From Candidatus Tayloriibacteriota bacterium (GTDB lineage: Bacteria; Patescibacteriota; Minisyncoccia; Phycocordibacterales; UBA6065), in contig JACRJQ010000007.1 in the NCBI GenBank assembly GCA_016215405.1, positions 150,298-214,297 of the forward strand: 64,000 nt of DNA, given 5' to 3'. This document shows positions 10,313 to 20,599 of the stretch, piece by piece (position 1 is the first letter of the stretch; every line of letters starts with the position of its first letter). The translations under genes were made by a program, and so were the position numbers. The notes below the pieces were generated by a model. The model searched no databases. It was not told the DNA's origin and saw nothing but the letters and a program-made list of their open reading frames with translations.

Positions 10313-10651
10313 ATGAATATCGAGATCACCCCTTCGGGATTCGGGATCCTGGCGATCTTGGCCATCGGAATCGCGCTGAGCCGCTATCAGAGGCGCCTCG
10401 AGCAGAGGGCCCGCAGAGAAGAAGCCTTCGACCTCTGGCTTGAGAAAAGCGAGGAGACGGGCGCTTGGCTCAAAGCGAATCCAGCCGCGAGCATCGACCA
10501 TCCTGCCTACAAAGAGCTTGTCGCGCGAGAGTCCGAGGCTTTCGAGGCCTACCTCAAGAAAAAAGGGTCCGTTACGCCGGCAGAGAGCGCCGAGCAGGAA
10601 CGGCTCAGGCGGCGCCTCTCGGGCATCGACACGCCGAGATCCCACGAATGA
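10313..10651 (+). CDS. hypothetical membrane-anchored protein
   Basis: Single N-terminal TM (MNIEITPSGFGILAILAIGIALS), charged helical tail. Confidence 0.4.
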   Translation: MNIEITPSGFGILAILAIGIALSRYQRRLEQRARREEAFDLWLEKSEETGAWLKANPAASIDHPAYKELVARESEAFEAYLKKKGSVTPAESAEQERLRRRLSGIDTPRSHE

Positions 10652-10654
10652 CGC

Positions 10655-10687
10655 GAGCGCGAACCTTTAGGTTCGCGCTTTGTTTTA
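10655..10687 (+). terminator. rho-independent terminator
   Basis: agcgcgaacc-ttta-ggttcgcgct-ttgtttt. Confidence 0.65.
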
Positions 10688-11383
10688 TACCCCCCATTCT
10701 TTCTTGATCCGTCTTTCGTCCTCAGGCGAAACGGATTTCTTGAACCTCGCGCCCCGCACGCCCTTTACCCTCGCTTCGCATTCGGCCCACGTCTTATGGA
10801 CCATGAAGGCGCCGTCTACGAGAGAGAGATACGAATAGGCCTTGGCTGACGAAGACGGCTTTTTCTTCGAAGCTCCCGTTGTTGGGGAAGGCTCCGCATC
10901 GAGGTCGATGGTATATCCGTCTTTGGGTCCATGATAGAGGGCCACATCCGCTTTGTCGGCGAAACCTGTCGCTATCTCGTCGCACCTCTCGTTTCCCGGA
11001 TGTCCCGCGTGCCCCTGCACATACCTCCAGTCTATTGAAAGTCCTTTAGACGCGAAAGAGAGCGCCTCCCACAAATCTCTGTTCTCGACGTCTTTCTTCG
11101 CTGTTGTCTTCCAGCCATTCCTTTCCCAGCCCTTCACCCACTGAGTTATGCCGTTGATAAGATATTTCGAATCGGTCTGGAGCACGATCTCGCTGTCGTC
11201 GATGCTCTCATCTACATAGATAAGAGCGTTTATCGCGGCGGAAAGCTCCATCCTATTGTTAGTGGTGTGGTCCTCCCTGCCGCCGAGCTCTCTCACTTCG
11301 CTCTGCGTCCTCACGACAGCGCCCCACCCGCCTGGGCCGGGGTTGCCGCGCGAAGACCCGTCGGTGAATATGGTTATTGGCAT
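10685..11383 (-). CDS. rnhA: ribonuclease HI with C-terminal hybrid-binding (Cauli_VI/HBD-like) domain
   Basis: TDGSSRGNPGPGGWGAV...ELSAAINAL...GHAGHPGNERCDE RNase H fold. C-terminal ...HKTWAECEARVKGVRGARFKKSVSPEDE resembles the RNase H1 HBD (TWxECxxQVxGxxGAxFKKF). Confidence 0.85.
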   Translation of the reverse strand: MPITIFTDGSSRGNPGPGGWGAVVRTQSEVRELGGREDHTTNNRMELSAAINALIYVDESIDDSEIVLQTDSKYLINGITQWVKGWERNGWKTTAKKDVENRDLWEALSFASKGLSIDWRYVQGHAGHPGNERCDEIATGFADKADVALYHGPKDGYTIDLDAEPSPTTGASKKKPSSSAKAYSYLSLVDGAFMVHKTWAECEARVKGVRGARFKKSVSPEDERRIKKEWGV

Positions 11384-11386
11384 CGG

Positions 11387-13114
11387 CTAGATTATATCAA
11401 CTATACGGAGCCTCAATTCAGGATAGTTCTTGAACGTCGACTTCTCGAGGTGGACGACCAGATCGATCAGAGCCTGCGGCGCGACATGCTTCGGCAGAGA
11501 TTCCTTCGGAGCGAAGAATTGGATGGCGGTTACCTTTCGGCCGTTAAGGTCGCGGAAGGATATCTCCGTGTGATTGCCCTCCTTACCGAAGGACTTCACG
11601 GAGTCCACAAGCGCGCCTTTTATGAGGAAAAGAGGCTTCGGGTTCCCTGTGCCGTAGGGCGAGAGCTTCTCGATCTCTCGATAGAGGTTCCAAGAGACGT
11701 CTTCGAGCGATATATGCGCGTCCACGAGCTCGCGGGCGTCATCCTTGGCGAAAGCGAGCCCCTGCGCCGCTTTATCGAGCTTCTCTTCGAGGAAATGGAT
11801 GGCATCGTCGGCGACCTCGAACCCTCCCGATGCGGCGTGTCCGCCGTAATGAGCGAACGCCTCGGGGGCCCTTTGCATTATGGAAAGCACGCTCGCGTTC
11901 CCGCCCGAGCGCGCCGAGCCCTTTATCTTGTTATCTCCGTCCCTGCCCCACAAGAAGGCTGGTTTGCCGTATTCTTCGGCGAGCGTATTCGCGACGAGGC
12001 CTAACAGCGACGGCCTCCAGAGCGGGTTCCCTATGACGATGACCTGCTTGTCCTCTATGTTCCTTTCAGAGAGCGCTTTTCTGATCTCCTTCACGAGGGA
12101 GGCGACGGTCCCCTTCCTCTCGTTGTTCACATGCTCTAGAGCGTCGGCATACGCGCCGGCGAGAGCCTCGTCTTCGGTCGATAGCAGATTGAACGCCGCG
12201 TCCGGCGCCCCCATCCTCGACGCGGCGTTTATGCGCGGAGTGAGGGTGAATCCTATATCGTCCTCGCTTATGTGCTCCCGCTTCACCCGAAGCTTCTCGA
12301 AGAGCTTCGAGAGCCCCGCCCGCGGCGTCTTTTTGAGGACCTTCAAGCCGTAGTATGCGAGCGTCCTATTCTCGCCCGTAAGAGGGACCATATCGGAGAG
12401 CGTGGCGATGCCCACCATATCGAGGAGCCATTTCTCCCAGCCCGGATTCACTCCGAATTCGGCGCCGTGCCTCTTGAGGAACGCTTGCACGAGCTTGAAT
12501 ATGACGCCTGAGCCGCAGAGCATCTTCTCAGGATAGGAGCAGCCTTCCACCTTCGGATTGAGGATGGCGAACGCAGGCGGAAGCGTCTCATGGGCCTCGC
12601 CTGTCGCGCCATGACTGAGGGGCATGTGGTGGTCGGTCACTATGACGTCCATGCCGAGCTTTTGAGCGTGCGCGACCTCATCGAGGTTCCCTATGCCGCA
12701 ATCGATGGTGATAAGGAGTGTCGCCCCTCTCTCTTTGAATCCTTCAATGGCGGGGAGATTGAGGCCGAACCCTTCATCGTGCCGGTGCGGTATGTAATTC
12801 TCGAAATTCGTGTAGCCTATCTTTTTGAACGCGTCATGGAGGACGACTGCCCCAGGGATCCCGTCAGCGTCGTAATCGCTGAAGATGACCGTCCTCTCGC
12901 CGGATTTTACCGCCTTATAGAGCCGCTCGACGGCGCGATCCATATCTCGCATGAGGAAAGGGTCGTGGATGTGCCTGTCGTAGTCGGGAGAAAGAAACGC
13001 CTCCGCGTCGCTTATGGTCAGGACGCCCCGCGAAAGCAGGAGCGCCGAGAGCGTGTCCGAAAACGCCGAAAACGACTCTGGCTTCGCGGGTCTCTCTCGC
13101 AGGGCGTATCTCAT
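11387..13114 (-). CDS. recJ: single-stranded-DNA-specific exonuclease RecJ
   Basis: DHH family: FSDYDADGI, ITIDCG, VTDHH, plus DHHA1 region. Start placed at MRYALRER (13114) to avoid a divergent overlap with the HIT gene; the ORF extends to 13180. Confidence 0.88.
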   Translation of the reverse strand: MRYALRERPAKPESFSAFSDTLSALLLSRGVLTISDAEAFLSPDYDRHIHDPFLMRDMDRAVERLYKAVKSGERTVIFSDYDADGIPGAVVLHDAFKKIGYTNFENYIPHRHDEGFGLNLPAIEGFKERGATLLITIDCGIGNLDEVAHAQKLGMDVIVTDHHMPLSHGATGEAHETLPPAFAILNPKVEGCSYPEKMLCGSGVIFKLVQAFLKRHGAEFGVNPGWEKWLLDMVGIATLSDMVPLTGENRTLAYYGLKVLKKTPRAGLSKLFEKLRVKREHISEDDIGFTLTPRINAASRMGAPDAAFNLLSTEDEALAGAYADALEHVNNERKGTVASLVKEIRKALSERNIEDKQVIVIGNPLWRPSLLGLVANTLAEEYGKPAFLWGRDGDNKIKGSARSGGNASVLSIMQRAPEAFAHYGGHAASGGFEVADDAIHFLEEKLDKAAQGLAFAKDDARELVDAHISLEDVSWNLYREIEKLSPYGTGNPKPLFLIKGALVDSVKSFGKEGNHTEISFRDLNGRKVTAIQFFAPKESLPKHVAPQALIDLVVHLEKSTFKNYPELRLRIVDII

Positions 13115-13157
13115 GGAGCGTATTCTATCATGCGGCCTTCGGTGATATGCTTTACGC

Positions 13158-13517
13158 ATGACGGACTGCATATTCTGCAAGATAGCGGAGGGAGAGGTGC
13201 CAGCCTACAAGGTATATGAGGATGCCGAATTCTTGGCGTTCCTCGATATAAACCCGCGATCTCCCGGACACGCGCTCGTGATCCCGAAATCCCACCACCG
13301 CTGGGTCTGGGATGTGCCGAATGCCGGAGCATATTTCGAAGTCGCGAAAAAGATCGCCCTCGCCCAGAAAAAGGCATTCGGCACCGATCTTATCCTCTCG
13401 AGGATCCACGGCGTAGACGTCGCTCACGCCCATATCTGGGTCTATCCTGACGAAGCAGTCAAAGGCGACAAAAAGGATCTCCCTGGAAACGCGGACAAGA
13501 TACAGAAAGCGCTTTAG
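13158..13517 (+). CDS. HIT-family (histidine triad) hydrolase
   Basis: CIFCKI...PGHALVIPK...HAHIWV histidine triad. Confidence 0.85.
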   Translation: MTDCIFCKIAEGEVPAYKVYEDAEFLAFLDINPRSPGHALVIPKSHHRWVWDVPNAGAYFEVAKKIALAQKKAFGTDLILSRIHGVDVAHAHIWVYPDEAVKGDKKDLPGNADKIQKAL

Positions 13518-13518
13518 G

Positions 13519-15336
13519 CTACTCGACCGTCACAGATTTCGCCAGATTCCTCGGCCGATCGACGTTAAGCCCGCGCGCGACCGCCGCGTAGTAGGCGAAA
13601 AGCTGCAAAGGCACGGCCGCGAGCGCCGGATACAGGCACTCGATGGTCTCTGGGATCTCGATCGTCTCTTTCGCTATCCGAGAAGCCTCCGCGTCTCCTT
13701 CTGTGACGAGGGCGATCACATCGGCGCCTCGGGCCCTCACCTCTTCCATATTCGAGAGCGTCTTTTCGTAAACGCTATCTCGAGGCGCGAGGGCGAATAC
13801 GGGAAATGATTCCGATACGAGGGCCAGAGGGCCATGCTTGAGCTCCCCCGCCCCGTAGCCTTCCGCATGTATGTAAGAGACCTCCTTGAGCTTGAGAGCG
13901 CCTTCGTACGCGAGAGGCATCATGTATTTGCGCCCGATATAGAGCATGCTGCCGCTTTCTGCGTATCTCTTCGCGATGCGCTCGACGAGGCCTCTATTCG
14001 CGAGGATCCTCTCCATCTTCTCGGGCAACGCCGAGAGCTCCTCGAGCACTTCCTTTCTCCGAGAGGCTCCCAGATTGCGCTGCGAGCCCAAGAACAGCGC
14101 GACGAGCGCGAGGACCGCCGTCTGCGATATGAACGCCTTCGTAGAAGCGACGGATACCTCGGGACCCGCGTGGTTATAGATGCCGGCATCGGTCTCTCGA
14201 GCTATCGAGGATCCCACGACGTTCACGATGCCGAGAGTGAACGCCCCTTTTCGCTTCGCCTCCCTGACGGCTTCGAGCGTGTCCGCCGTCTCCCCTGATT
14301 GGGACAAGGCGATAAGGAGGGTCTTCGGAGTGAGAATCGGCTCGCGGTAGCGTAGCTCAGAAGCGATATCGGCTTCGACTGGGATATCTGCCAGGCTTTC
14401 GATGAGATATTTCCCTACGACACCCGCATAATAGGACGTGCCGCATCCCGCTATGACGACCCTCTCGATCGACCGAAGCCTCTCATCGTTCGATTCGAGG
14501 CCTCCGAGCTTCACCCTCCACCCGTCTTTCGCGATCCTTCCTCGGATGGCGTTCCTTAATACCTCAGGGCCCTCCATGATCTCTTTGAGCATGAAATGCT
14601 CGTACCCGCCCCTCTTCGCCTCTTCTGCGCCGAAGGGGACCGTCTCTCCTTCGCGAGAGACCGCCTCTTTCAAGAAAGAGAATATCCGATGAGAATCGGC
14701 CGACACGATAGCGACGTCTCCGTCTTTCAAGTAGACGACATCTCGCGTATGCCGAATAACGGGCGCGGCGTCCGAAGCTATGATCCTTCCTCCGCGCGCC
14801 ACGCCTATCACGAGAGGGCTTCCCATCCTCACCGCGACCATCCTATCGGGCGCGTCCCTATGAGCGATCGCGAGGCCGAACGCGCCCTTAAGGACCCTCA
14901 CCGTCTCGAATACCGCGTCCTCGAACGATGCGCCTCTCTCCATGGCCCTTTCTATGAGATGCGGCACGACTTCGGAATCCGTCTCCGATGCGAAGACCCT
15001 CCCTTCTCCCATGAGCTTTTGGCGGAGCTCTGAGTGATTCTCGATTATCCCGTTGTGGACCGCCCAGATCGACCCGCGACCCGTGTGAGGATGGGCGTTC
15101 GCCTCGGAAGGCTTTCCGTGGGTAGCCCAACGGGTATGGGCTATGCCGAGGTTCCCGTCAGGCATGAGAGCCGCCTTCTTCCTGAGGTTCGCTACCGGTC
15201 CTACCGCCTTTATCGGTCCGGCGCCCGCGATATAGAGGCCCGCCGAGTCGTAGCCTCGATACTCGAGAGCCTCGAGGCCGTCGAGGAGGACGTCTTTCAC
15301 CCTGTCTTTGCCTATGTATGCAATGATCCCGCACAT
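13519..15336 (-). CDS. glmS: glutamine--fructose-6-phosphate aminotransferase
   Basis: MCGIIAYIG N-terminal Cys amidotransferase domain and two SIS domains; 605 aa. Confidence 0.95.
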   Translation of the reverse strand: MCGIIAYIGKDRVKDVLLDGLEALEYRGYDSAGLYIAGAGPIKAVGPVANLRKKAALMPDGNLGIAHTRWATHGKPSEANAHPHTGRGSIWAVHNGIIENHSELRQKLMGEGRVFASETDSEVVPHLIERAMERGASFEDAVFETVRVLKGAFGLAIAHRDAPDRMVAVRMGSPLVIGVARGGRIIASDAAPVIRHTRDVVYLKDGDVAIVSADSHRIFSFLKEAVSREGETVPFGAEEAKRGGYEHFMLKEIMEGPEVLRNAIRGRIAKDGWRVKLGGLESNDERLRSIERVVIAGCGTSYYAGVVGKYLIESLADIPVEADIASELRYREPILTPKTLLIALSQSGETADTLEAVREAKRKGAFTLGIVNVVGSSIARETDAGIYNHAGPEVSVASTKAFISQTAVLALVALFLGSQRNLGASRRKEVLEELSALPEKMERILANRGLVERIAKRYAESGSMLYIGRKYMMPLAYEGALKLKEVSYIHAEGYGAGELKHGPLALVSESFPVFALAPRDSVYEKTLSNMEEVRARGADVIALVTEGDAEASRIAKETIEIPETIECLYPALAAVPLQLFAYYAAVARGLNVDRPRNLAKSVTVE

Positions 15337-15411
15337 GCGATATATAAGGCGCGCCGAGGAGAAATGGTTTCAGATAGACGCAAAAGCCGCCCGAAGGCGG
15401 CCTTTTCTTTT

Positions 15412-16542
15412 TTACTGCTGCTTGAGCGCCTCTATGCCGGTAAGCGTGCCTTTGGCTAGGAATTCGATCATCGCGCCACCTCCCGTCGAGACGAACGAGA
15501 ATCGATCGAGGAGATTGAGCTTAGAGACGACCGCGATGGTATCTCCGCCGCCGAGGACGGTCTTTACGCCCGACTCGATGAGCGCGAGGGCGAGGCTCTC
15601 GGTGCCTTCGGCGAACCCTTTCGGATAATCTCCCAACGGGCCGTTCCAGACGACGAACTTCACGTCGCTCAAGAGGTCGGAGATCTCGCTTATGGTGCGG
15701 GGACCGGCATCCACGACCTTCTCGTCGAGGCCTATCTGGTCGGGGCTCCTTACGGCGGTCTCGATCGCGCTCGCGACCACGACATCGGAAGGAACGATGA
15801 GCTTCGGGCTCATCTCGACGTGCTTGAGGTTGATCCTCGAAGGAGCGACGACAGAGCGCCCCGTCTCATAGCCCTTCTCCTTGTATATATCGTTCGCGAG
15901 AGCCCCTCCTACGAACACGTAGTCCGCTATATCGAGGAATTTCTCGATGAGAGGGAGCTTCGTATCGAATTTGATCCCGCCGATGATGAAAAGGAAGGGA
16001 CGGGGCGGATTGAAAGCGGCGGAGAGGCCCTCGACCTCCTCGGACAGGAGGAGTCCCGCATACGAAGGGAGGAGCCGCGGGAGCGAGACTATCGAAGCGT
16101 GGTCTCGATGCGATACCGCGAAGGCGTCGTTCACGTAGATATCCGCCAAGGAAGCGAGCCTCCCTGCGAATACCGGATCGTTCTCTTTTTCGCCCGGATG
16201 CTTGCGGAGATTCTCCATGACGATGACGTCTCCCTCGCGCATGTTGTCCACGACCGTCTTCGCGTCCTCGAATTTGGCGACGAACGCCTTAATCTCGACC
16301 GTTTTCGCTATGTACGTCGCGACCCTTGAGAGCGAATCTGTGAGGTCATTCTCTATGTGGCTGATGACGATGGTCTTCGCTCCGGCCTTCTTGAGGAATT
16401 CGACGGTCGGCAGCGACCTCCGTATCCTGAAATCGTCTCGGACCTCGTCTCCTATGACAGGGACGTTAAGGTCGAGGCGCAAGAGCACGCGCTTGCCTTT
16501 TAGATCCTTCGCGTCCCGTATGCTCTTAAATGCTTGCGGCAT
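15412..16542 (-). CDS. pgk: phosphoglycerate kinase
   Basis: RVLLRLDLNVP...VISHIEN...GGGA PGK signatures; 376 aa. Confidence 0.95.
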   Translation of the reverse strand: MPQAFKSIRDAKDLKGKRVLLRLDLNVPVIGDEVRDDFRIRRSLPTVEFLKKAGAKTIVISHIENDLTDSLSRVATYIAKTVEIKAFVAKFEDAKTVVDNMREGDVIVMENLRKHPGEKENDPVFAGRLASLADIYVNDAFAVSHRDHASIVSLPRLLPSYAGLLLSEEVEGLSAAFNPPRPFLFIIGGIKFDTKLPLIEKFLDIADYVFVGGALANDIYKEKGYETGRSVVAPSRINLKHVEMSPKLIVPSDVVVASAIETAVRSPDQIGLDEKVVDAGPRTISEISDLLSDVKFVVWNGPLGDYPKGFAEGTESLALALIESGVKTVLGGGDTIAVVSKLNLLDRFSFVSTGGGAMIEFLAKGTLTGIEALKQQ

Positions 16543-17296
16543 ATTCGATGATGCTTCCGAACGCCTTAGGGTCGAGAGACTGCCGGCCGACGAGAAGCCC
16601 GTCTATCCCAGCGTTCGAGAGGAAATCCTTGGCGTTCTTAGAATCTACGGACCCTCCGTAAAGCACAGGGATCGCGAGGCCGAGCTTCTTTCCCAAGGCC
16701 TCCGCGGCGACCTTTCGTATATAGATGACCATCTCGTGGATATCGAGAGGGCTCGGAGCCGTGTCGTAGCTCTTGCCGATCGCCCATACGGGCTCGTAGG
16801 CGATCGCGATATCCTTCGCCTCCTTCTTGTCGATGGCAGAGAGAACGGAAAGGACCTGTCCGCGGACGTTTCGCAAATATTGAGCGTGCTCGTCGCGCTC
16901 CGTCTCACCGACACACAGGACGATCCGAAGGCCAGCCTCGAGGGCGCGACTCGCCTTTTTGGCCACCAGCTCGTCCGTATCACCGACGGCCCGCCTCTCG
17001 CTGTGGCCGATTATCGCGTACGAGGCGCCCGCGCTCTTCGCCTGCTTCGCCGACACCGATCCGGTAAAGGCACCCGATGCCTCATGCGAGACGTCTTGGA
17101 CGGCGACGCTTAGGGGCGAGCCTTTCTTAGAGAGAGAGGCGATGAAAGCCGCCGGCGGAGCGACGACCACGCTTTGCCCTTTGTGCTTCGCCGCGAGCCT
17201 GGCGACCGCAGAGAAGACGGACCTCGCCTCCTCGGCCGTCTCAGGGTTCATCTTCCAATTACCGACAATAAGGAAGCTCTTTTTCGCTTTTGCCAT
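16526..17296 (-). CDS. tpiA: triosephosphate isomerase
   Basis: VGNWKMN, AIIGHSERR, AYEPVWAIG, GGSV TIM motifs; overlaps pgk by 17 nt (operon). Confidence 0.95.
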   Translation of the reverse strand: MAKAKKSFLIVGNWKMNPETAEEARSVFSAVARLAAKHKGQSVVVAPPAAFIASLSKKGSPLSVAVQDVSHEASGAFTGSVSAKQAKSAGASYAIIGHSERRAVGDTDELVAKKASRALEAGLRIVLCVGETERDEHAQYLRNVRGQVLSVLSAIDKKEAKDIAIAYEPVWAIGKSYDTAPSPLDIHEMVIYIRKVAAEALGKKLGLAIPVLYGGSVDSKNAKDFLSNAGIDGLLVGRQSLDPKAFGSIIEYAASI

Positions 17297-17351
17297 GGGC
17301 CGATTATACCATCGAAACGAAAGAGTGGCCCCTAGAGCCGCTCTTTTCGCC

Positions 17352-19148
17352 TTACTGCACCTCTTTCCAGGTCTTTATGCCGAAATCCTCGCCCGTCGAC
17401 CCTGACGTGAGGTTGAGCTCGGCGACCGATGGATCATATATGAGGTTCGCTCCGCCGTCGGTGGTTATGTGCCGCGCGGTAGCGGCCTTCGCCGTCGCCC
17501 CGCCGGTGATGAGGATGCCGCCGTAAGGGGCCGCGAGCACGGTATCGTTAGCTCCGCCGTTTATGGTTATCGCAGGATCGAGCGCCGAGGTAGATAGAAG
17601 GAGTATGTGACCGTCCTCGGTACCCGTTATCTCCCCTCCGCCCGCGAGGTTTATCGTACCGTCGGCGATTATGGCGTAGCTCTCTCCCGTACCCGCAGGC
17701 GATACGATCGCGCCGCCGTTTATGGTGACCGAGCCCGTGACCCAGAGGAATCCAGAGACGACGAGGGTGCCTCCGCCGCCGACGCTGAGATTCCCTTCTA
17801 TCTTCTTCGGACCGAGGGTGGCTCCGGCCCAGCCCACCGAGACGCTATCCCCCTCTATCCCTCCCGACTCTGCCACGGATTTCCACGCGGCGATGGTGGC
17901 GGCCGATATCGGATCGGTCTCGACAGTCGGATCGCCGCGCGAGGTATCGCAAGATTTGTTATTCGTCACGCCTATCTGGCAATAGAGCGCTCCGTTCGAA
18001 TTCACATACGAAGCCTTGTACGCATAGGCGCTCCCCACGGTGAGCCTGTTCCACTCGTCCTCTCCCGTTATGCCGTCTTCGTTCGATCCGATCGATATCC
18101 TGAAATACATGTCGAGGTTAGCGGGGGACGTCGCGTTCCATGACGAATTGTTATAACGGCCCGTCTTCGTGACGCCGTCGGCATACGTCGAGGTATTCCC
18201 GCCGGCGAGGTAATAGTTCGTCGAGCTCGTGTTGGCGTCTATGACTATCCAATACGTATTCCCCTCCGTAAGGACGGGGTTGGCGGTGAGCGTTATAGGC
18301 TCCCAGTCGTACGAGGTCGAGACGAGGGACGAGGAGAGCGTTCCGGACGCGAGAATCGCGCCTGAAGGATTGCCTCCATTATCCTGGACTACACGGACAG
18401 TCGCGTTCGCAGGATTTCCGTTCTTTCGGACATAGACCTGAAGTCCCGTAAGCGAGAGGCTGTCGGAGACAGTAAAGCTCTGGGCGAGGTCCTGCGTCCC
18501 GTTCGCGTTCCCGAACGTGATGTTGTTTGTCGGAGTCGAAGGCGAGGCGTTCTCCTGGTCGACGTTAGTCGAAGATTTGCCGGCAGCGACGGCGGCGCCG
18601 GTTATCGTACAGAATCCGCAGCCGCGTATCGATCCCGTGGTATAGATATCGCCTGTCACCGTCCCGTTGTTAAGATCGAGCCCTCCGATGCCGCCGTGGA
18701 GGACATACGGAAAGGAGATCCCTTGAGTAGTATTGAGAGACGCCTCCACGCTCCTTATCGTACCGAGCCAGTCTCCCGAGGAGACCACCTTCTGCGAGCC
18801 GTCGGCCTCGACGGTGACGGTCGAGCTCGCCGCCGACGAGCCCACAGAGAGGGTCTCCGACGAGCCGATGGACTTGCCCCTCTTTATGCGATAGAGGGCG
18901 TCCTCGAGCGCCGACTCGGACGCGAAATAGCTCTGCTTGGACACCGATTCGTTGCGCACCGTCCTCATCTCGCGGACGACGGCGGAGGACATGCCTGCGA
19001 TCACAGCCGCGGATCCGGCGAGAAAGAAAGCCAGAGCCGTCACGAGAACGTACCCATTCTGTCGGCGGACGCGGGACGCAGGGGCCGAGGCAGGCGAAAG
19101 GAGAGTCTCGCCCACCCTATCCCCCATGATCCTTGCTTCTTGATTCAT
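17352..19148 (-). CDS. large PilX-like minor pilin / pilus-tip protein (PilX_N-type N-terminal helix, Gly/Thr/Ser-rich body)
   Basis: RRQNGYVLVTALAFFLAGSAAVIAGM resembles the PilX N-terminal domain; 598 aa; first gene downstream of three prepilin genes. Confidence 0.5.
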   Translation of the reverse strand: MNQEARIMGDRVGETLLSPASAPASRVRRQNGYVLVTALAFFLAGSAAVIAGMSSAVVREMRTVRNESVSKQSYFASESALEDALYRIKRGKSIGSSETLSVGSSAASSTVTVEADGSQKVVSSGDWLGTIRSVEASLNTTQGISFPYVLHGGIGGLDLNNGTVTGDIYTTGSIRGCGFCTITGAAVAAGKSSTNVDQENASPSTPTNNITFGNANGTQDLAQSFTVSDSLSLTGLQVYVRKNGNPANATVRVVQDNGGNPSGAILASGTLSSSLVSTSYDWEPITLTANPVLTEGNTYWIVIDANTSSTNYYLAGGNTSTYADGVTKTGRYNNSSWNATSPANLDMYFRISIGSNEDGITGEDEWNRLTVGSAYAYKASYVNSNGALYCQIGVTNNKSCDTSRGDPTVETDPISAATIAAWKSVAESGGIEGDSVSVGWAGATLGPKKIEGNLSVGGGGTLVVSGFLWVTGSVTINGGAIVSPAGTGESYAIIADGTINLAGGGEITGTEDGHILLLSTSALDPAITINGGANDTVLAAPYGGILITGGATAKAATARHITTDGGANLIYDPSVAELNLTSGSTGEDFGIKTWKEVQ

Positions 19149-19157
19149 AATTCTCTT

Positions 19158-19682
19158 TTATTCCGTATACGAGCCGCGCAAGACGTAAGTGCCGTAGAAA
19201 TTCAGGGCCGGCACGGTCGAAGACGCGTCAGGGGCGAGAGTCATCTCCACCCGTATCGCTGTCGACGAGGCGGCGGTGAACTTCCGGAAAGTGAGATTGG
19301 AGACCGCCATATTATCCTGGGTTATGTCGCCTTCGAATACTCCGTTCTTATCTATCTTCACCTTGGTGTCCGAAAGGTAGAACGTGCTCACGTCGTTCGA
19401 GCCGTCCGGCCTCCTCATGTTGAGGACGAGCTTTCCCGAGCTCGCGCCAAGGACTGAATTGACCGTATCGACCGAAGACGCGCGGCGTATGTCGCGCGAG
19501 AACCTCGAGAACGCCGAGACCGCGGCAGAGTTGACGTCGAGGTATGCCTGAGACCTCTTGTGCCCTTTCGCGAGAGCGATGGTGCTCCCCACGATCACGA
19601 GAAGGAGGGCCGCGACCAGAGCGGCGTATACGATAGTCTCTACGAGGGTGTATCCCCGGTGCTTTCTATATATTAGTGACAT
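19158..19682 (-). CDS. prepilin-type N-terminal cleavage/methylation domain protein (minor pilin)
   Basis: RGYTLVETIVYAALVAALLLVI class III signal peptide (G-Y-T-L-V-E). Confidence 0.6.
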   Translation of the reverse strand: MSLIYRKHRGYTLVETIVYAALVAALLLVIVGSTIALAKGHKRSQAYLDVNSAAVSAFSRFSRDIRRASSVDTVNSVLGASSGKLVLNMRRPDGSNDVSTFYLSDTKVKIDKNGVFEGDITQDNMAVSNLTFRKFTAASSTAIRVEMTLAPDASSTVPALNFYGTYVLRGSYTE

Positions 19683-20145
19683 ATGTCATGTAGGTGACCG
19701 TCGTCGTCGACCCCCTCCAGCTCCACGAGACCGCAGATTCGGCGAGGAGCGTATCGGGGTCGACAGTGCCCCCCGCCGTCACGATGTCGTCGGAAGCATC
19801 CCTCGATACCGGATAGAGGCGGAAGGACCTGTAGAAGACGCCGTCGACGACCTCCGGAGTCGTCGACGCCGACCAGGTCGACGTGCCCAAGGCGAGGTAG
19901 CGGTCGGTAGCGGTCGGGATCGCGGAGAGGTTCGTCCAGCCGTCGTCCTTCATGAGGCGCAAAGCCTCGAGACCCTCTTCGGCGAGAAGGCTCCCTTTTA
20001 TCGAGAGCATGCTCTTTTGGTGGAAGCGAGAGAGGGCCGCGAAAGACCCGAAGAACGCGAGAGAGACCGAGCCTAATATCGCGGCGGCCACGACCACCTC
20101 GACGAGAGACGACCCTTTGGTTCGGTCTGTTGTGCGTTTGAACAT
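19666..20145 (-). CDS. prepilin-type N-terminal cleavage/methylation domain protein (minor pilin)
   Basis: KGSSLVEVVVAAAILGSV prepilin N-terminus. Confidence 0.6.
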   Translation of the reverse strand: MFKRTTDRTKGSSLVEVVVAAAILGSVSLAFFGSFAALSRFHQKSMLSIKGSLLAEEGLEALRLMKDDGWTNLSAIPTATDRYLALGTSTWSASTTPEVVDGVFYRSFRLYPVSRDASDDIVTAGGTVDPDTLLAESAVSWSWRGSTTTVTYMTYVTNI

Positions 20146-20146
20146 G

Positions 20147-20599
20147 CTATTCGATGCCTACGAGGCCCGTCGACTGGACCCTCACCGTCTTTTTCGTCGA
20201 CGGCGAGGTGACCAGATACATCTCTATAGTACCAGAGGCCGAGGCGTTCCCCGTCACCCGCTCGAACACGAGGGACGATACCGAGGTCGACGCCTTCACC
20301 CATGACGTGAACACGAACGTCTCGTTTCCAGGGGTCGAAGAGGAGAATGCGGAGCCTTTAAAGAAAGTGAACCTGTCTTCGTCTATCTTCACGCCGTACT
20401 GCGACGCCCCTACGGAAGCGAGGGTCCTCGCCCTCGCGTCCCGTATGCCCTCGGCGAGCGCCGAGGTCGAAGCGACGAGAGACTCGCGCCTGGCGATATT
20501 CCCGAAAGCAGCCAGGGTTATGCCGAATATAAGGGCCGTTATGCCAACGGCCACTAGGAGCTCGGCGGCGGAGAATCCCTTGCTATCCGATCGTCGCAT
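20147..20599 (-). CDS. prepilin-type protein (GspH/FimT-like pseudopilin or major pilin)
   Basis: KGFSAAELLVAVGITALIFGI prepilin N-terminus. Confidence 0.6.
   Translation of the reverse strand: MRRSDSKGFSAAELLVAVGITALIFGITLAAFGNIARRESLVASTSALAEGIRDARARTLASVGASQYGVKIDEDRFTFFKGSAFSSSTPGNETFVFTSWVKASTSVSSLVFERVTGNASASGTIEMYLVTSPSTKKTVRVQSTGLVGIE

Noticed and set aside
13115-13180. Upstream extension of recJ overlapping the divergent HIT gene
   Set aside because: The distance from MRYALRER to the DHH motif matches E. coli RecJ, and the extension would create a 22-nt divergent overlap with the HIT start.
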